This document shows, one piece after another, positions 11,495 through 24,628 of a DNA stretch of 64,000 nt. The first letter of the stretch is position 1. Each line of letters starts with the position of its first letter. The position numbers and the translations under genes were made by a program. The notes beneath the pieces are model-generated. The model worked only from the letters and a program-made list of their open reading frames with translations, ran no database searches and was not told the DNA's origin. Source of the stretch: Octopus sinensis (Eukaryota); assembly GCF_006345805.1 (NCBI RefSeq), contig NC_043011.1:62446464-62510463 (forward strand), read 5' to 3'.

Positions 11495-11690
11495 AACTCT
11501 GCCCATATCCAACTCAAATTCCGCATTAACCACAATAGACAGCTTTTACTTTCCAGAATATCAAATCTCTTGAATTCTCTCCTTACTCTTCCCTCTCCCA
11601 TAAACCCTGTTCTGCAACAGTTTAATCGGACCATTAATGCCATCAGAGTTACTTTTTTGGCTAAATGGTGCGGGGGGGAGTAAGTACCAA
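10660..11690 (-). pseudogene. RTE-clade LINE 3' fragment
   Basis: Frameshifted LCWEGHIMR(M)GDNRMPKLL, KWEELAFGRVEWRKHIFEG and CRICGRV resemble the RTE thumb and C-terminal motifs. Confidence 0.6.
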
Positions 11691-12404
11691 ACTTTTCGCC
11701 AGGTTTAACTCCCTGGGATGAATACGATGCAAAAATAAGAAAAGAACCGAAAAATCCTTAGCAATTCTTAGTTCAGATTTCCAAAATGGTTTCAGCTTCT
11801 TTGTATCATTAAGAAAAAATATTCTTGGACACATTTTCAAGTTTATTGCAACTATAATATTAAAATTCTTTCACTTGTTCTTGTACTGATAGTAGGACGA
11901 AATGAAGCCAGATCAAAGCACAATAAAAAAAAAACTTCCAGTCCATTAGAACTAATAATCTATCGTCTGGAAGTCCAATACTATAAGAACTCTACTAAAG
12001 ATCATCTAATTAAACATCGCATAAAAATGTAAATAAATTCTATGTCGCTATATATGCTATTAATTAGATCAGCCACGAATTCCTATGCCTTGGGGTAGCT
12101 ATTTAAAATATAACTTTCTCGAGGGTATTAACAGAAAGCAAATAGTAAATTGATCATTCCTGTTTTTGGCAAAATTATTAATGACGTAAGTATTGAAACA
12201 CCAGTTTGGCACCTAATCAATGTAAACTCCTGTAACCGTAATGTTATATATTGTTTGTTTCTTAGACAAAGGACCAGCAAATCTGATAAATATTCAATAG
12301 CATCTTAGCCTCTTTGACTGGCACATCATATTATCGACTGCGGTGGGATGAACGGCTAAGTTGACCTTGGCAGGACTAGAACTCAGAATGTATGTATGTA
12401 TTCT

Positions 12405-12625
12405 TTTATTCGTTTACTCTTTTCAGTTATTTGACAGCGGAAAGCTGGAACACCGCCTTTAATCGAGCAAATCTATTCCAGGACTTATTCTTTGCAAGCT
12501 TAGTACTTGTTCTATCGGTCTTTTTTGCTGAACCACTAAGTTATAGAGGCATAAACACACCAGCCTCGATTGTGAAGCGATGTTCGGGGGTGGGGGGGCA
12601 GCAAGCACAGACAAACAGACATGTG
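12405..12625 (-). mobile_element. SINE family A tail fragment
   Basis: Similarity to 3258-3460. Confidence 0.7.
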
Positions 12626-12649
12626 CATACACGCGCGCTCGCACCCCTA

Positions 12650-12701
<52 letters not shown>

Positions 12702-12730
12702 CTATATATATATATATATATATATTATAT

Positions 12731-13050
12731 ATTTGCGTGTTCTCAAATTTAAAATCCTGAAATACTGTGCTGAGGAGGAAAATGATTAGAATGGAAAGGT
12801 AATTCTTACATTTTTCCTATCTTTCTAATTCCGAAACGCGTCCACTGTTAATCAAATGCCGAGTGAATGTTGCTGTTTTTCCTCTCTACCTACGTGAATT
12901 GTTTTTGAGTATATATTGTCTGGGAGTCGTTTCTTACAGTAGAAGAAACAGCTAGGTTCTTTGGTTTCTATTTCTAAAGTTCGGTATATGGTTAAGCAAT
13001 TTCTTTTGCCAAACACTAATTATAATTATATTCATAATTATAAATAATAG
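12731..13050 (+). mobile_element. ~320-bp non-coding HHR-bearing unit between (TA)n arrays (retrozyme-like monomer)
   Basis: Bounded by TA tracts; contains canonical HHR; no ORF. Confidence 0.6.
12767..12845 (+). ncRNA. Minimal type-I hammerhead ribozyme, canonical core
   Basis: gtg-CTGAGGA-ggaa..(ttagaa/ttctaa)..ttcc-GAAA-cgcg-TC-cac; GUC cleavage triplet. Confidence 0.8.
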
Positions 13051-13078
13051 TATATATATATATATATATATGTATATA

Positions 13079-13685
13079 TAATTTACAAGATAAGGGCAGA
13101 GGAAAAATTCTAATGCCAAATATGCCGAAACAAAAAATTGTTGATAACCATTATAATTTATGCGTCTCGAAATAAACCGATAGAAATCTCTAAAAAATTT
13201 CGTTATTACCGTATTGGTTCAATTTCGGGGTTAATTCATAAGAAATTTTCCCCTCCTTAGCGGCAAATACGTAAGACATAAATGAAATACTTACTCAAAC
13301 CCACGGAAAAAGCAAGCACTAAGTCCTGAGCAGACTTAAGTACCCCAAAAATATCCAAACTAGAAAAATCCTCGGCGCACTTCGAGACACGTGTTATTCG
13401 AAATAGAAACTTTCACAGAGTGATAGAATCCGGAAATGAACACTAATCTATTTATGATTGATATAGGATAAAATATTTTTAGGAAAAATTTTTTATTAAT
13501 GGCCAGTATATCAAAAAATGCCTTTAAAGGTAAAATTTATACGTAATTTACAAGATAAGGGCAGAAGAAAAATTCTAATGCCAAATATGCCGAAACAAAA
13601 AATTGTTGATAACCATTATAATTTATGCGTCTCATGCTGGCCATTGATAAAATTTTTTTCCCGAAAAACATTTTATCCTATATTA

Positions 13686-13690
<5 letters not shown>
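13079..13690 (-). mobile_element. Partial-tandem (465-nt period) HHR-bearing element with terminal inversion
   Basis: 90-bp direct repeat 13079-13168 / 13544-13633; 13634-13690 is an imperfect inverted copy of ~13455-13510; related fragment at ~61255-61375. Confidence 0.65.
13209..13263 (-). ncRNA. Hammerhead-like motif with one core substitution (G5A)
   Basis: Reverse complement ccg-CTAAGGA-gggg..cccc-GAAA-ttg aac caa-TA-cgg. Confidence 0.6.
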
Positions 13691-13741
<51 letters not shown>

Positions 13742-13754
13742 ATTTATATATATA

Positions 13755-14200
13755 TACGACAAGCTTCTTTCAGTTTCCACCTACCAAATCCATTCACAAG
13801 GCTTTGGTCGGCCCGAGGCTTTAGTAGAAGACACTTGCCAAGGTGCCACGCAGTGGGACTGAACGCGGAACCATGTGGTTTCTAAGCAAGCTACTTACCA
13901 CACACTCACTCCTGCGCCTATGTATACATTTCATTGCGTTTGTCTTTCTTCGCTCCTCCATCACTGGTGTATTTACGTGTATGTAACTTAGCGGTTCAGC
14001 AGAAATTCCTGATAGAATTAGTACTTGGCTGAAAAGAATAATTCCTGGGTTTATTTGTTTGACTAAAACCCTTCAAAGTGGTACTCCAGCATGGCCACAG
14101 TCAAAGAAAAGAGTAAAATCTTCATGAAGTGCTATATAACAACTATTCATTTATTCTTTTACATGTGTCAAGTCACGTGACCGCGTCCATGCTGGAGGAC
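13755..14200. mobile_element. Cluster of SINE family A fragments in mixed orientation
   Basis: Minus head 13755-13920, plus tail ~13950-14115, minus tail ~14150-14200. Confidence 0.7.
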
Positions 14201-14498
14201 CGTTGAATTCTCATCGAGTGGCAACAAACACTTGGTAAGGCTTAACTGTTATATTTCTTATCGGCTGCCATGCAGGATGAACATCACTGCTTCACTTTGT
14301 AAAACGATGAATGCCACAACTTAATATTTCCCATTTATTAGAATAACGCGTCGTTGCTTTAGAAGTCATGGGAGACAACTCTTAACTAACTTAAACGGGA
14401 AGATAATCCCATGCAAGGGAAATAACTCATACAATTATGTTTGCTTGTCATACAGAAAACTTTAGCGGAAATGGAAGTCATGACTGGAGACATGCTTC

Positions 14499-14556
<58 letters not shown>

Positions 14557-14587
14557 CAACAACAACAATAATAATAATAATAATAAT

Positions 14588-16699
14588 ATGGCTGTAAAGA
14601 TCAACTAATGATCAATAAAGCCATAACTGAAGACAGCCAAAGAAAGAAGAAAGGCCTCAGTATGGCCTGGATCGACTACAAAAAGGCGTTTGATAGCATC
14701 CCCCACACATGGATCCTCGAAACACTAGCCATTAACAAAGTAGCACCAACAATCATAAAATTCATAGAGCACTCTATGAATAAATGGCAAACAGTCCTAC
14801 ACCTCCAAACAAAAGAGGGACTCATGAAAACCAAAGACAACCCCATTAGAAGAGGAATATTCCAGGGAGATACGCTCTCTCCACTCCTTTTCTGCTTGGC
14901 ACTGTCACCTCTATCTGATATGCTAAATAGAACTGGATGCGGATATAAATGTTACGGCAAAACGATCAGCCACCTTTTAAATATGGATGACCTAAAACTA
15001 TACGCTGCAAATGACAAACAGCTGGAAACACTATTAAAGACAGTTCATGGATTTACCAAAGAAATAGATATGAAATTTGGATTAGAAAAATGCGCCAAAG
15101 TAACCATGAAAAGAGGAAAACTAGTTAAGAGTAACAACATCACACTAGATAAAACCAATGAAATAAAAGAATTAGACCAAAGCCAAACTTACAAATACTT
15201 AGGAATCAATAGACTACATATGATACAACGCACACAAATGAAAGAGAAAATAAAGAAAGAATACTATAGACGAATTAGACCTATACTGGAAAGAGAGCTC
15301 AACGCTAAAAACAAGATAGCAGGCATTAACACTTTAGCCGTCCTAGTTATAAGTTGCAGCTACAATATCCTTAACTGGATACTAAATGAATTAACCAACA
15401 TTGATAGGAAAACAAGAAAAATAATGACAGGATCTAGGATGCATCACCCAAAATCTGACATAGAAAGGCTATATATACAACGTATAGAAGCTGGTAGAGT
15501 CCTTATAAAGCTGGAAAACTACTATAAAATAACCACCATAGGACTGCAAAAATACCTAGAAGCAAAGAAAACTGATACAAATAGCGGCAAAACACGAGCA
15601 AAGCAAAAAACTGTTCTCAGTATTCAAGGAAGGTGACAAATACAAACGAGAAATCATACCACCTAAGAAATATGAAGAAGAAGAAGAAGAAGAAGAAGAA
15701 GAAGAAGAAGAAGAAGAAGAAGAAGAAGAAGAAGAAGAAGAAGAAGAAGAAGAAGAAGAAGAAACAACAAAAGCTATGAAACAAATGAAATGCAAACTAA
15801 AACTAGAACAGCACCGGACCATGATAAAACGATGGCAAGAAAAGCCCCTTCGTGGCAAGTACTGGACTAAACTAAATGCAAAAGAAATAGACAAAGAAAA
15901 ATACCAGCAATGGTTGAGAAGCTCAGGACTTAAAGCAGAGACGGAGGGATTTTTAATTGCAGCACAAGACCAAAGCTTCCCCACCAGAAATTACCAAAAA
16001 TATATAATGAAAAGAAATATAACAAGTAACTGCAGAATATGTGGAGATGGACAAGAAACAATAAATCATATTTTATCTGGCTGCCCAGTCCTGGCTAAGA
16101 AGGAATATATTCACAGGCACGACAGAGTTGGAACCTACATACATTGGAAGCTATGCCAACATTATGGAATAACAACAGAAAAAAGATGATATAAGCACAC
16201 ATTAGAGAAGGTCACAGAAAACGAGAAAGCAACCATACTCTGGGATATGCCGATACACACAGATAGAGAAATTAAGGCCAACAGACCAGATATAGTTGTC
16301 AGAGATCATGAAGAAAATAAATGCTTTCTAATTGATGTATCAATACCGGCAGATGACAACGTGTCTCTAAAAGAAATGGAGAAATTTTCAAAATACAAAA
16401 ACCTGGAAATAGAAGTAACTCGAATGTGGAATCTAAAAACAGAAACAATTCCTATCATAGTAGGCGCATTAGGTATGATAAAAAGATATTCAGACAAATG
16501 CATAACAAAAACATCAGGACTTACAAATATATATAACATACAGAAAATTGCACTACTGGGCACTGCACACATCCTACGCAAAACACTTACAACACAGTAA
16601 CCATAAGAGCATCACAACAAACCACAGCACATACCCAAGGCACACAGAGCTGCGCTCGGTAGTGAAGTGAAAGCACGCTATAAAAATAAAACTACTGAA
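14588..16699 (+). pseudogene. 5'-truncated R4/Dong-type non-LTR retrotransposon (RT, CCHC finger, REL endonuclease), subfamily A
   Basis: AWIDYKKAFDS, GIFQGDTLSP, NMDDLKLY, CRICG..HILSGC..RHDRVG, RPDIV..DVSIP..KE..K; flanked by (TAA)n; frameshift near 15550 and stop at 16187-16189. Confidence 0.9.
15674..15763 (+). repeat. (GAA)30 inside the R4/Dong ORF, encoding poly-Glu
   Basis: 90 nt, in frame between IIPPKKY and TTKAMKQ. Confidence 0.9.
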
Positions 16700-16718
16700 C
16701 AATAATAATAACAATAAA

Positions 16719-17075
16719 TTCCCTGATGCAGTACCAGACAGTGGCTCTCATGGCTTCTGATCTTAACTGATTGGAAGTGTTATCATGTACATTATTTTGT
16801 CTTAGTATAAAAGATCGTCTACAACAAACATTCTGCTCAGTACCACAGATTTGCTGGTCGGTTGTTTGACCTTAACCAGTTAAGCATGTCCCTTAGTGGC
16901 TGACGATAAATGCATCTCTGATCACGAGCAGAAGTAGTGGAGGAGCATCATAGCCATGTTTTGAGAGGGATTCTTTGGGGATTTGGATAATTCACCTCTG
17001 GAAACATGGGTGTTACTTTTCAAAATCCTTAAAGAACCCTTATTCAGGGATCTTTTGAACAGAAAGGGCTACTCG
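16719..17075 (-). mobile_element. Unclassified non-coding retroposon with (TTA)n tail, 3' part
   Basis: Related copies at 34962-35460, 39356-39767 and 50462-50670; ends ...ctggtactgcatcaggg followed by (att)n. Confidence 0.65.
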
Positions 17076-17089
17076 ACCTGAAGAAAATG

Positions 17090-17160
17090 ATCTACTACGA
17101 AAGGCAGAAGAAGAATATCTCATAAGAATTCTAAACACGAAACTTAACCGGAGGTAAACA
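17090..17160 (+). pseudogene. Possible GIY-YIG/PLE endonuclease C-terminal remnant
   Basis: LLRKAEEEYLIRILNTKLNRR* resembles the R..KE..FI...P.LN terminus; very short. Confidence 0.35.
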
Positions 17161-17399
17161 ACATCATTATTAAAAACAACTTCATCAACAGGAATCTTGA
17201 AACTTAGCAAGAAATTCTGCAAGAGAATATTCCATCATTTGATCAGTAACAAACCTAAAAGAGTTCTCGCATTGAAAAACGCAAAGGCATATCTACTAAA
17301 TATTAAATATTCAACAATTAATAAATAATTTGAATGTATAATTTCGGATTTAAATAAATTTTGATGATTATAAATGTGTCTATTTACTTCTGTGGTGTG

Positions 17400-17487
17400 T
17401 ATACATACATACATACATACATACATACATACATACATACATACATACATACATACATACATACGTACGTACGTATGTGTGTGTATG

Positions 17488-17518
<31 letters not shown>

Positions 17519-17820
17519 TGTATGTATGCATGTATGTATGTATGTATGTATACATACATACGTACGTACGTATGTATGTGTGTGTATGTATGTATGTATG
17601 TATGTATGTATGTATGTATACATACATACATACATACGTACGTATGTATGTGTGTGTATGTATGTACGTATGTATGTATGTATGTACGTATGTATGTATG
17701 TATGTATGTATGTATGTATGTATGTATGTATGTATGTACGTATGTACGTATGTATGTATGTATGTATGTATGTATGTATTATGTATGTATGTATGTATGT
17801 ATGTATGCACATATGTATGT
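17400..17820. repeat. Fold-back (ATAC)n/(GTAT)n compound microsatellite
   Basis: Strand polarity switches several times at catacgtacg junctions. Confidence 0.85.
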
Positions 17821-18348
17821 ATATAACCTCCGCTGTAGCGAGGGATAGTGAAATGAAACAAGAAAATGAAATATAATTTCGAAACCGAAATCAAAAATAT
17901 TAACGACAAAATTGAATTTATGGACCATCATAATTAAACAGATGGACACAGATGCAATATCAGCGTTGAGATATTTATGAACGTCAGCCTTTAATGGACG
18001 AAGAAGAAATTGGTTAGAGCTGTCAGACGCAACAGAAAGCCTGGCAGCAAGCACTGGACTGTGGATTGATTACATCAACGGACTTTGTTGGAGAAGAGTG
18101 TTTATAGCAAGTATGAGGGAACAAACTATGGTTATTAGTTAAACAATATGGGAGATTTGTTAGGAAACACTAATGGATGTCTGTCCGTGCAATCAGGGAA
18201 GATCAGTGGCGAAAGTTTAAGAAGCAGAAAAATGGTTATGAATGATAGAAATAGAATAATGGAGACAGTAAGGAGTTTTTAATTGGTCAAATTTGTCAAG
18301 CAATTGCAATTTAGAAAAATAGTAATAACAACACTAAGGACGATGATG

Positions 18349-18452
<104 letters not shown>

Positions 18453-18596
18453 TGAAAGAATGCGAATTAATGAGGGAAGCAGGATAAAAATGAGACAATT
18501 TGTTATCATGTTCGCAAAAGAAGAAGAAGAAGAAGAAGAAGAAGAGAAGAAGAAGAAAAGAAGAAGAAGAAGAAGAAGAAGATGATGATGATGATA

Positions 18597-18640
<44 letters not shown>

Positions 18641-18747
18641 ACGCTGATAAAACAAAGTTTTGGACAGTAAGTCTTAGATGTCTGATAAATTAGATGAGAT
18701 TGTCGTTCCGCGCGTGAACGTAACATGATGAGAACAACAACAACAAC

Positions 18748-18779
<32 letters not shown>

Positions 18780-19134
18780 CAACAACAAAAACAATAACAA
18801 CAGCGTCAACAGTACCATCACCACCACCACCACCACCACCACCACCACCACAATCCTGCCAACAACAATACCAAGAAAGACATGATAGAGTGAAAGAGAG
18901 AAAAGTAAATCAAAAGATGGAGACTGATGTTGATTCTGGATGCGAGAGTAAAATGGAAATTGATCGTTTTAAGACGGCCAGATAAGATGTCCGACCTTGA
19001 TAATGTTTCTTGTAACATACGGCGCGATTGCTTGTCAGCGTCATTGGACAGGTAGATGCACTGCCTTCACCTCACTACCACCACCACCACAACAACTACA
19101 ATAATAATAATAATAATAATAACAACATTTTTCT

Positions 19135-19525
19135 ACTATAGGCGCAAGCCCTGAATTTTTTTCCGGGAGGGAGTAGTCGATTACATCGACCCCAGTGCTT
19201 GACTGGTACTGTTTTCATTGAATCCCGAACAGATGCAAGACAAAGTCGACCTCGGCGGAATTTGAACTCAGAACGTAGCGACGGGCGAAATACCTATTTC
19301 TTTACTACCCACAAGGGGCTAAACACAGAGAAGACAAACAAGGAGAGACAAACGGATTAAGTCGATTACATCGACCCCAGTGTGTAACTGGTACTTAGTT
19401 TATCGACCCGAAAGGATGAAAAGCAAAGTCGACCTCGGAGGAATTTGAACTCAGAACGTAGCGACGGGCGAAATACCGCTAAGCATTGTTCCGCCCGGCG
19501 TGCTAACGATTCTGCCAGCTCTACG
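19135..19525 (-). mobile_element. Two adjacent or nested SINE family B copies
   Basis: Repeated gtcgacctcgg..gaatttgaactcagaacg motif at ~19245 and ~19427. Confidence 0.75.
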
Positions 19526-19529
19526 CTTT

Positions 19530-19566
<37 letters not shown>

Positions 19567-19593
19567 CAACAACAACAACAACGACAACAACAA

Positions 19594-20400
19594 CAGGATC
19601 AGAAGAGAATGTTATCGCAGGGTGAGAGCAATACTCAAGACAGAGCTGAATGCGAGAAACAGGATCGAAGCGATCAATGTTTTAGCCATACCAGTCGTGA
19701 CTTACAGTTTCAATATCGTTAACTGGTCAATTACTGAAATATGTAATCTTGACAGAAAAATACGAAAACTGTTGACAATGCATAGAATGCACCACCCTAA
19801 GGCAGATATAGAACGACTTTACCTGCCAAGAAAAGAGGGAGGCCATGGACTTTTACAAATGGCAATAACAATGAAGATTGCTGCAATTGGCCTACACACC
19901 TACCTGAAAAACTCTGAGGACTGGATGTTAAAACTTGTCTCAAAACATGAAAACAAGAAAGCATCATACTCAGTAACAAAACAGGCAAAGGAATATCTAA
20001 GTGAATTCCGAATACAACAAATTTCGGAATTAGAGATAGACATACAAGAAACAGGCACAGAAAAAGCTAAGCGCATGAAAACCCGGGCTAAAACTGCTGC
20101 CTTAGATATTCTGACTGATAACTGGCAAGAAAAACCTCTCTATGGCAAATACCCAAAGAGAGTGAATAATGCAGATGTTGACAAAGCCCTGACCCATCAA
20201 TGGCTAATGGCCTCTGGCTTAAAATCTGAAACAGAAGAGATTATAATAGCAGCTCAAGATCAATGCCTACCAACAAGAAACTACGAGGCAAACATATTAA
20301 AGAATGGCAGCTTTTCAACATGTCGTGTATGTCAACAACAAAATGGAACCATTGATCATGTTGTCTCCATGTGCAGTCTTCATGCGCCTACAGAATATCA
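19594..20400 (+). pseudogene. R4/Dong-type LINE internal fragment (thumb to zinc finger)
   Basis: RMHHPKADIERLYLPRKEGG, WLMASGLKSETE..AAQDQ, CRVC..H..SMC; preceded by (CAA)n, broken at a SINE. Confidence 0.85.
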
Positions 20401-20404
20401 CAAA

Positions 20405-20447
20405 GAAATTATGAGTAGATTTGGCAGACGGAAACTGAAAGAAACCC

Positions 20448-20545
<98 letters not shown>

Positions 20546-20865
20546 TAGATATACGTATATATAACGTACGTGTGTTACTTATTTGTATCTGTGCTTGTTC
20601 CCCCACAATCGCTTGGCAACCGATAATGGCGCGTTTACATCCCCATAAATCAGCGGTTCGCCAAAAGATACCGATAGAATAAGGCTTGCAAATGATAAAT
20701 CCTGGGGTCGATTTGTTCGACTAATTATGAAGTGAGGCACGTGACCGACCCCACAAAGCACATTTCAACACAGAATCCTTTGGTAGACTCTTTAATTTCT
20801 AGCCCAAATAAGCTCCAGCATGGTCGCAGTTAAATGACTGAAACAAGTAAAAGAATATAAAAGAC
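20405..20865 (+). mobile_element. SINE family A (head missing) containing an ~80-bp inverted fragment related to 22005-22087
   Basis: 20722-20803 reverse complement resembles the 3' end of the Tx1-like copy. Confidence 0.65.
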
Positions 20866-21689
20866 TAACTTTTGAGGGTTCCGACAGACATTTGAAAATG
20901 AAGAATGAGAAAGAAAATTCTTGACTTGACAGCTCCTACATTCTTTCAAGTGCGTGTACTGTGATTGTGTGTATGTATGTATGTATGTGTATGTGTGTGT
21001 GTGCGTGTGTGTGCGTTTATACTTTTTGTTGTGTGTGTGTGTGTGTGTAATATAGTGTCAGTATGTTTGAACGTGTGGATGTTTGCGTGTATATTCGTGT
21101 GTGTGCGTTTGTGGGTGTGTATATGTTTGTAGATGTGTGTGTGTGTGCGTGTAAGCGTGGATGTGTTTGTGCCTACTGTGAGTGCGCGTGTATGTGTGTG
21201 AGTATGTTTGTATGTGTGCATGTTTGTGGATGTGTGTGTGTGTGTGTTTGTGTGGATGTTTATGTATATATTTGTGTGTGTGCGTTTGTGGATGTGTATA
21301 TGTTTGTGGATGTGTTTGTGTAAGTGTGTGTGTGTGTGTGCGTACTCTGAGTGTGTGTGTATAAGTGTCTGAGTATGTTTGTGTGTGATGTGTTTCTGTT
21401 TATATTTGTGTGTACGCGTATATGTGTGCAAGTGTGTATTGCTAGGAGTGCGTGTGCCTGTATTATGTGTGCATGTGTGTGTGTGTGTGTGTGGGGGGGG
21501 GGGGTTGTGTATGCTACCATAACCACTTATAACTTCACCGTTCTTTCTTATTTCGATAAATTCAGACATTTTTTTTGTCTTATCTCGTCTGTGTCTTGTG
21601 ACAGAAAAACAGTTATGTTTATTTTTTTATTGCAAGTATCCGCTTTTATAAAGTTTTTCCGTTTCAGTTTATCGGGTGTGTATGTCGAC

Positions 21690-22087
21690 CAACTGTTGTC
21701 GCATCAGAGAAGAGTACAACTGTCAACCGAGTCTATAATTAAGATTACTCCGCCGTCTTCCTTCAATAGGGAAGAGCAGGCTTATTTCCTCTGCGTAGTA
21801 GCTTCCGCGAAGGAGGTTGTGTGGAAGACGAGAGTGAAAGGGATCATGACAGACCCCTTCATCTCCAGCCTTGGGTTGGCGAACTTTTTCCTTTCCCATG
21901 TGAAAAGGAAAATAAGGATGGAGAGGAGATGCCTGTCGCACGAAATATTTCGGAAAAGACGGACGACTTTAGCAAGAGCGTTGAAAGTAAATGAACTTGT
22001 TTGAGCGAGAAATTAGAGAGTCTACCAAAGGATTCAGTGCTGGAATGTAGTTTGTGGGGTCGGTCACGTGCCTCACTTCATAATTAA
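21690..22087 (+). mobile_element. L1/Tx1-like LINE 3' end
   Basis: AKEVVWKTRVKG..LANFFLSHVKRKIRMERRCLSHEIFRKR, same motif type as 4395-4604. Confidence 0.65.
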
Positions 22088-22503
22088 GTAACCTACTTTA
22101 TGGGAAGGTATGGATTCTCCTGGGATGCATAGTAAGTGCTGGAAAAGGCGCATTTGCACAGGACCTGCCCAAGAGCAAAAAACAGCTAGATTGAACATAC
22201 ATATACGCAATATCCACGCAGTTACTAGTTAAACACATACAACAAGACCTAGTCGAATGTACTTCTGCACTTGCACACTTCTACAAACTTCTATACTCCA
22301 ATAAACCCACATCCACTACTCCCTCACGTGTAGCTTCCAGATACGGATAAATTATTTACTTGTACACACACGCACACAAGCGCGATTACATTTAATTCCC
22401 CTCCACACAGAAACGCATTCTCATGGGCTACCTAGCCGCTCTTGAGTTCCTTCTGTCTCTTACTATTCCACTTTCCCACCCACGCTATGATTTTCATTCT
22501 TTT

Positions 22504-22540
22504 ACTCTGATGAAGGTCTAACGTTAGAAACGTTAACTGT
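22504..22540 (+). ncRNA. Degenerate hammerhead-like motif
   Basis: CTGATGAa ggtctaacgtta GAAA cgtt; stems I and II poorly paired. Confidence 0.4.
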
Positions 22541-23794
22541 CTTTCTCTTTCCATTAAAACCCATTCATTTGCCTTAGTATTTGTACTTACGAGTTTGAAA
22601 ATCTAGCAACTATGGAAAAACACACTCACACATGCACACATGTACATACAACGGACACATAAACATATACACAAATGTACGCACATAGTTATACACATAC
22701 ATACATATTAGATAGATGCACACATACATATACATGCATATACTTACATATACATACACACACGCATACATACGTTACTACATACATACTTAATACACAC
22801 ATATATAAAGCTATATACATACGTACATACAAACATATACACATGTACATACAAACATTCACCTATGTACATCCATTCGTACATCCAAACATACATATAC
22901 ATGCATACGCACATGCACACATACATACGTACATAAATACATACGTACATACATATATATATATATATACATACATACTCATGCACACATACATATCTAA
23001 ATACACACATACATATACACCAACAAATATACGTACATACATACATACATACATACATACATACATACATAGACACCAACAAATATACGTACATACAGAT
23101 ATACATACATACATACATACATACATATATTGCCATGTAGAAGCTCAAAAACAAAAATAAAAAAAAAAGTAAAATCAAATGAAATCGAATAAGTCTAGTT
23201 TGTCTGACTGAACCAAACTTATTGTTAAATAGTTTATAGCCTGAATATCCAAAGTGATGTTGGAGTGATTTTGTTTTTAGAGACAAATTACATAACAATA
23301 ATGATGATGATGATGATGATGATGATGGTGGTGATGATGATGATTATTGGTGGTGGTGATAACAACACAAACAGGAATAATAATGATATGGTGATGATAA
23401 TGATACGCAAAAGAAGAGTAAAAAGAAGGATAATAATAATATAATAAAATAATAATAATAATGAGAAGAAGAAGAAGAAGAAGAAGAAGAAGAAGAAGAA
23501 GAAAGAAGAAGAAGAAGAAGAAGAAGAAGAAGAAGAAAGAAGAAGAAGAAGAAGAAGAAGAAGAAGAAGAAGAAGAAGAACAACAACAACAACAACAGCA
23601 ACAACAGAAACAACAAAAACAACAGAAGGTAAAGAAAGAAAGAAAAGAAAAAAACAAGAGAGAAAGCCTGAGCTAAAATGAAGTTGTTTAAAATTTATAC
23701 AACTTTGACGTGAAATAAGTTTTTGAATTGACAGCTGAAAATTTTTGAGTATTGCATTGATTTTGCTAAACACTAAATCTCTATTCAGTCAATA

Positions 23795-23840
<46 letters not shown>

Positions 23841-24359
23841 TAATAATAATAATAAAGTGTAATTTTGTTTTATTCTAACGCTCATTTGTCAAAGCTGAAT
23901 GCCAAAATTATTGGTCGATTTTTATCAAATTACCGCTTTATCTGAATTCTATATATTTATGGAGAAACAAAATGGCGACGGAGACGAAGTGTAATTAGTT
24001 TTGTGTTATGCGTAACGAGTTAAAGTCTGGTGTGTTCATTACGTTACTTTTGTTGTTTGCTTTTCAGTGACGTGACCAGAAGAGGTGAAGCCACGTCATT
24101 ATTCTCGAGTTGTAACGTTATCTAGATTCGATTCCCGGACCGTGTGTTTCTATCATGTTCTTTAGCAAGGCACTTCATACCATGCTGCTTCAGTTCCCTT
24201 AACTGAAAATGAGTTTTGTTTTCTATAAAGAAGCGACTCATAAACTGTCACGTCCTTTCTACTTGTTTCCCTCGTCGGACTGCGGCCATGCGGCTCGGTG
24301 TCGGGAAAGTGAGAGAAAAAAAAAAAAGAAACGACTCCAACGACTCTATTTACAAAAAG

Positions 24360-24396
<37 letters not shown>

Positions 24397-24628
24397 ACAC
24401 ACACACACACATACACACACACATACACACACACATACACACACACACACACACACACATACACACACACACATATATATGATGGAATTACACACAGTTT
24501 TCGGCTACCAGATTCAGTCAATATCGGCCAGACAGGGCTGTAGTTGAAGACGCTTGCGCAAGGTGCTGCGTAATGAGATGGAACTCGAAACTACTAAACA
24601 CCAATTTCATATTATATATATAGAAGAA

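Noticed and set aside
17930-18270. Possible LINE C-terminal remnant (LSDATE..GLWI)
   Set aside because: Many stops and only a vague motif match.
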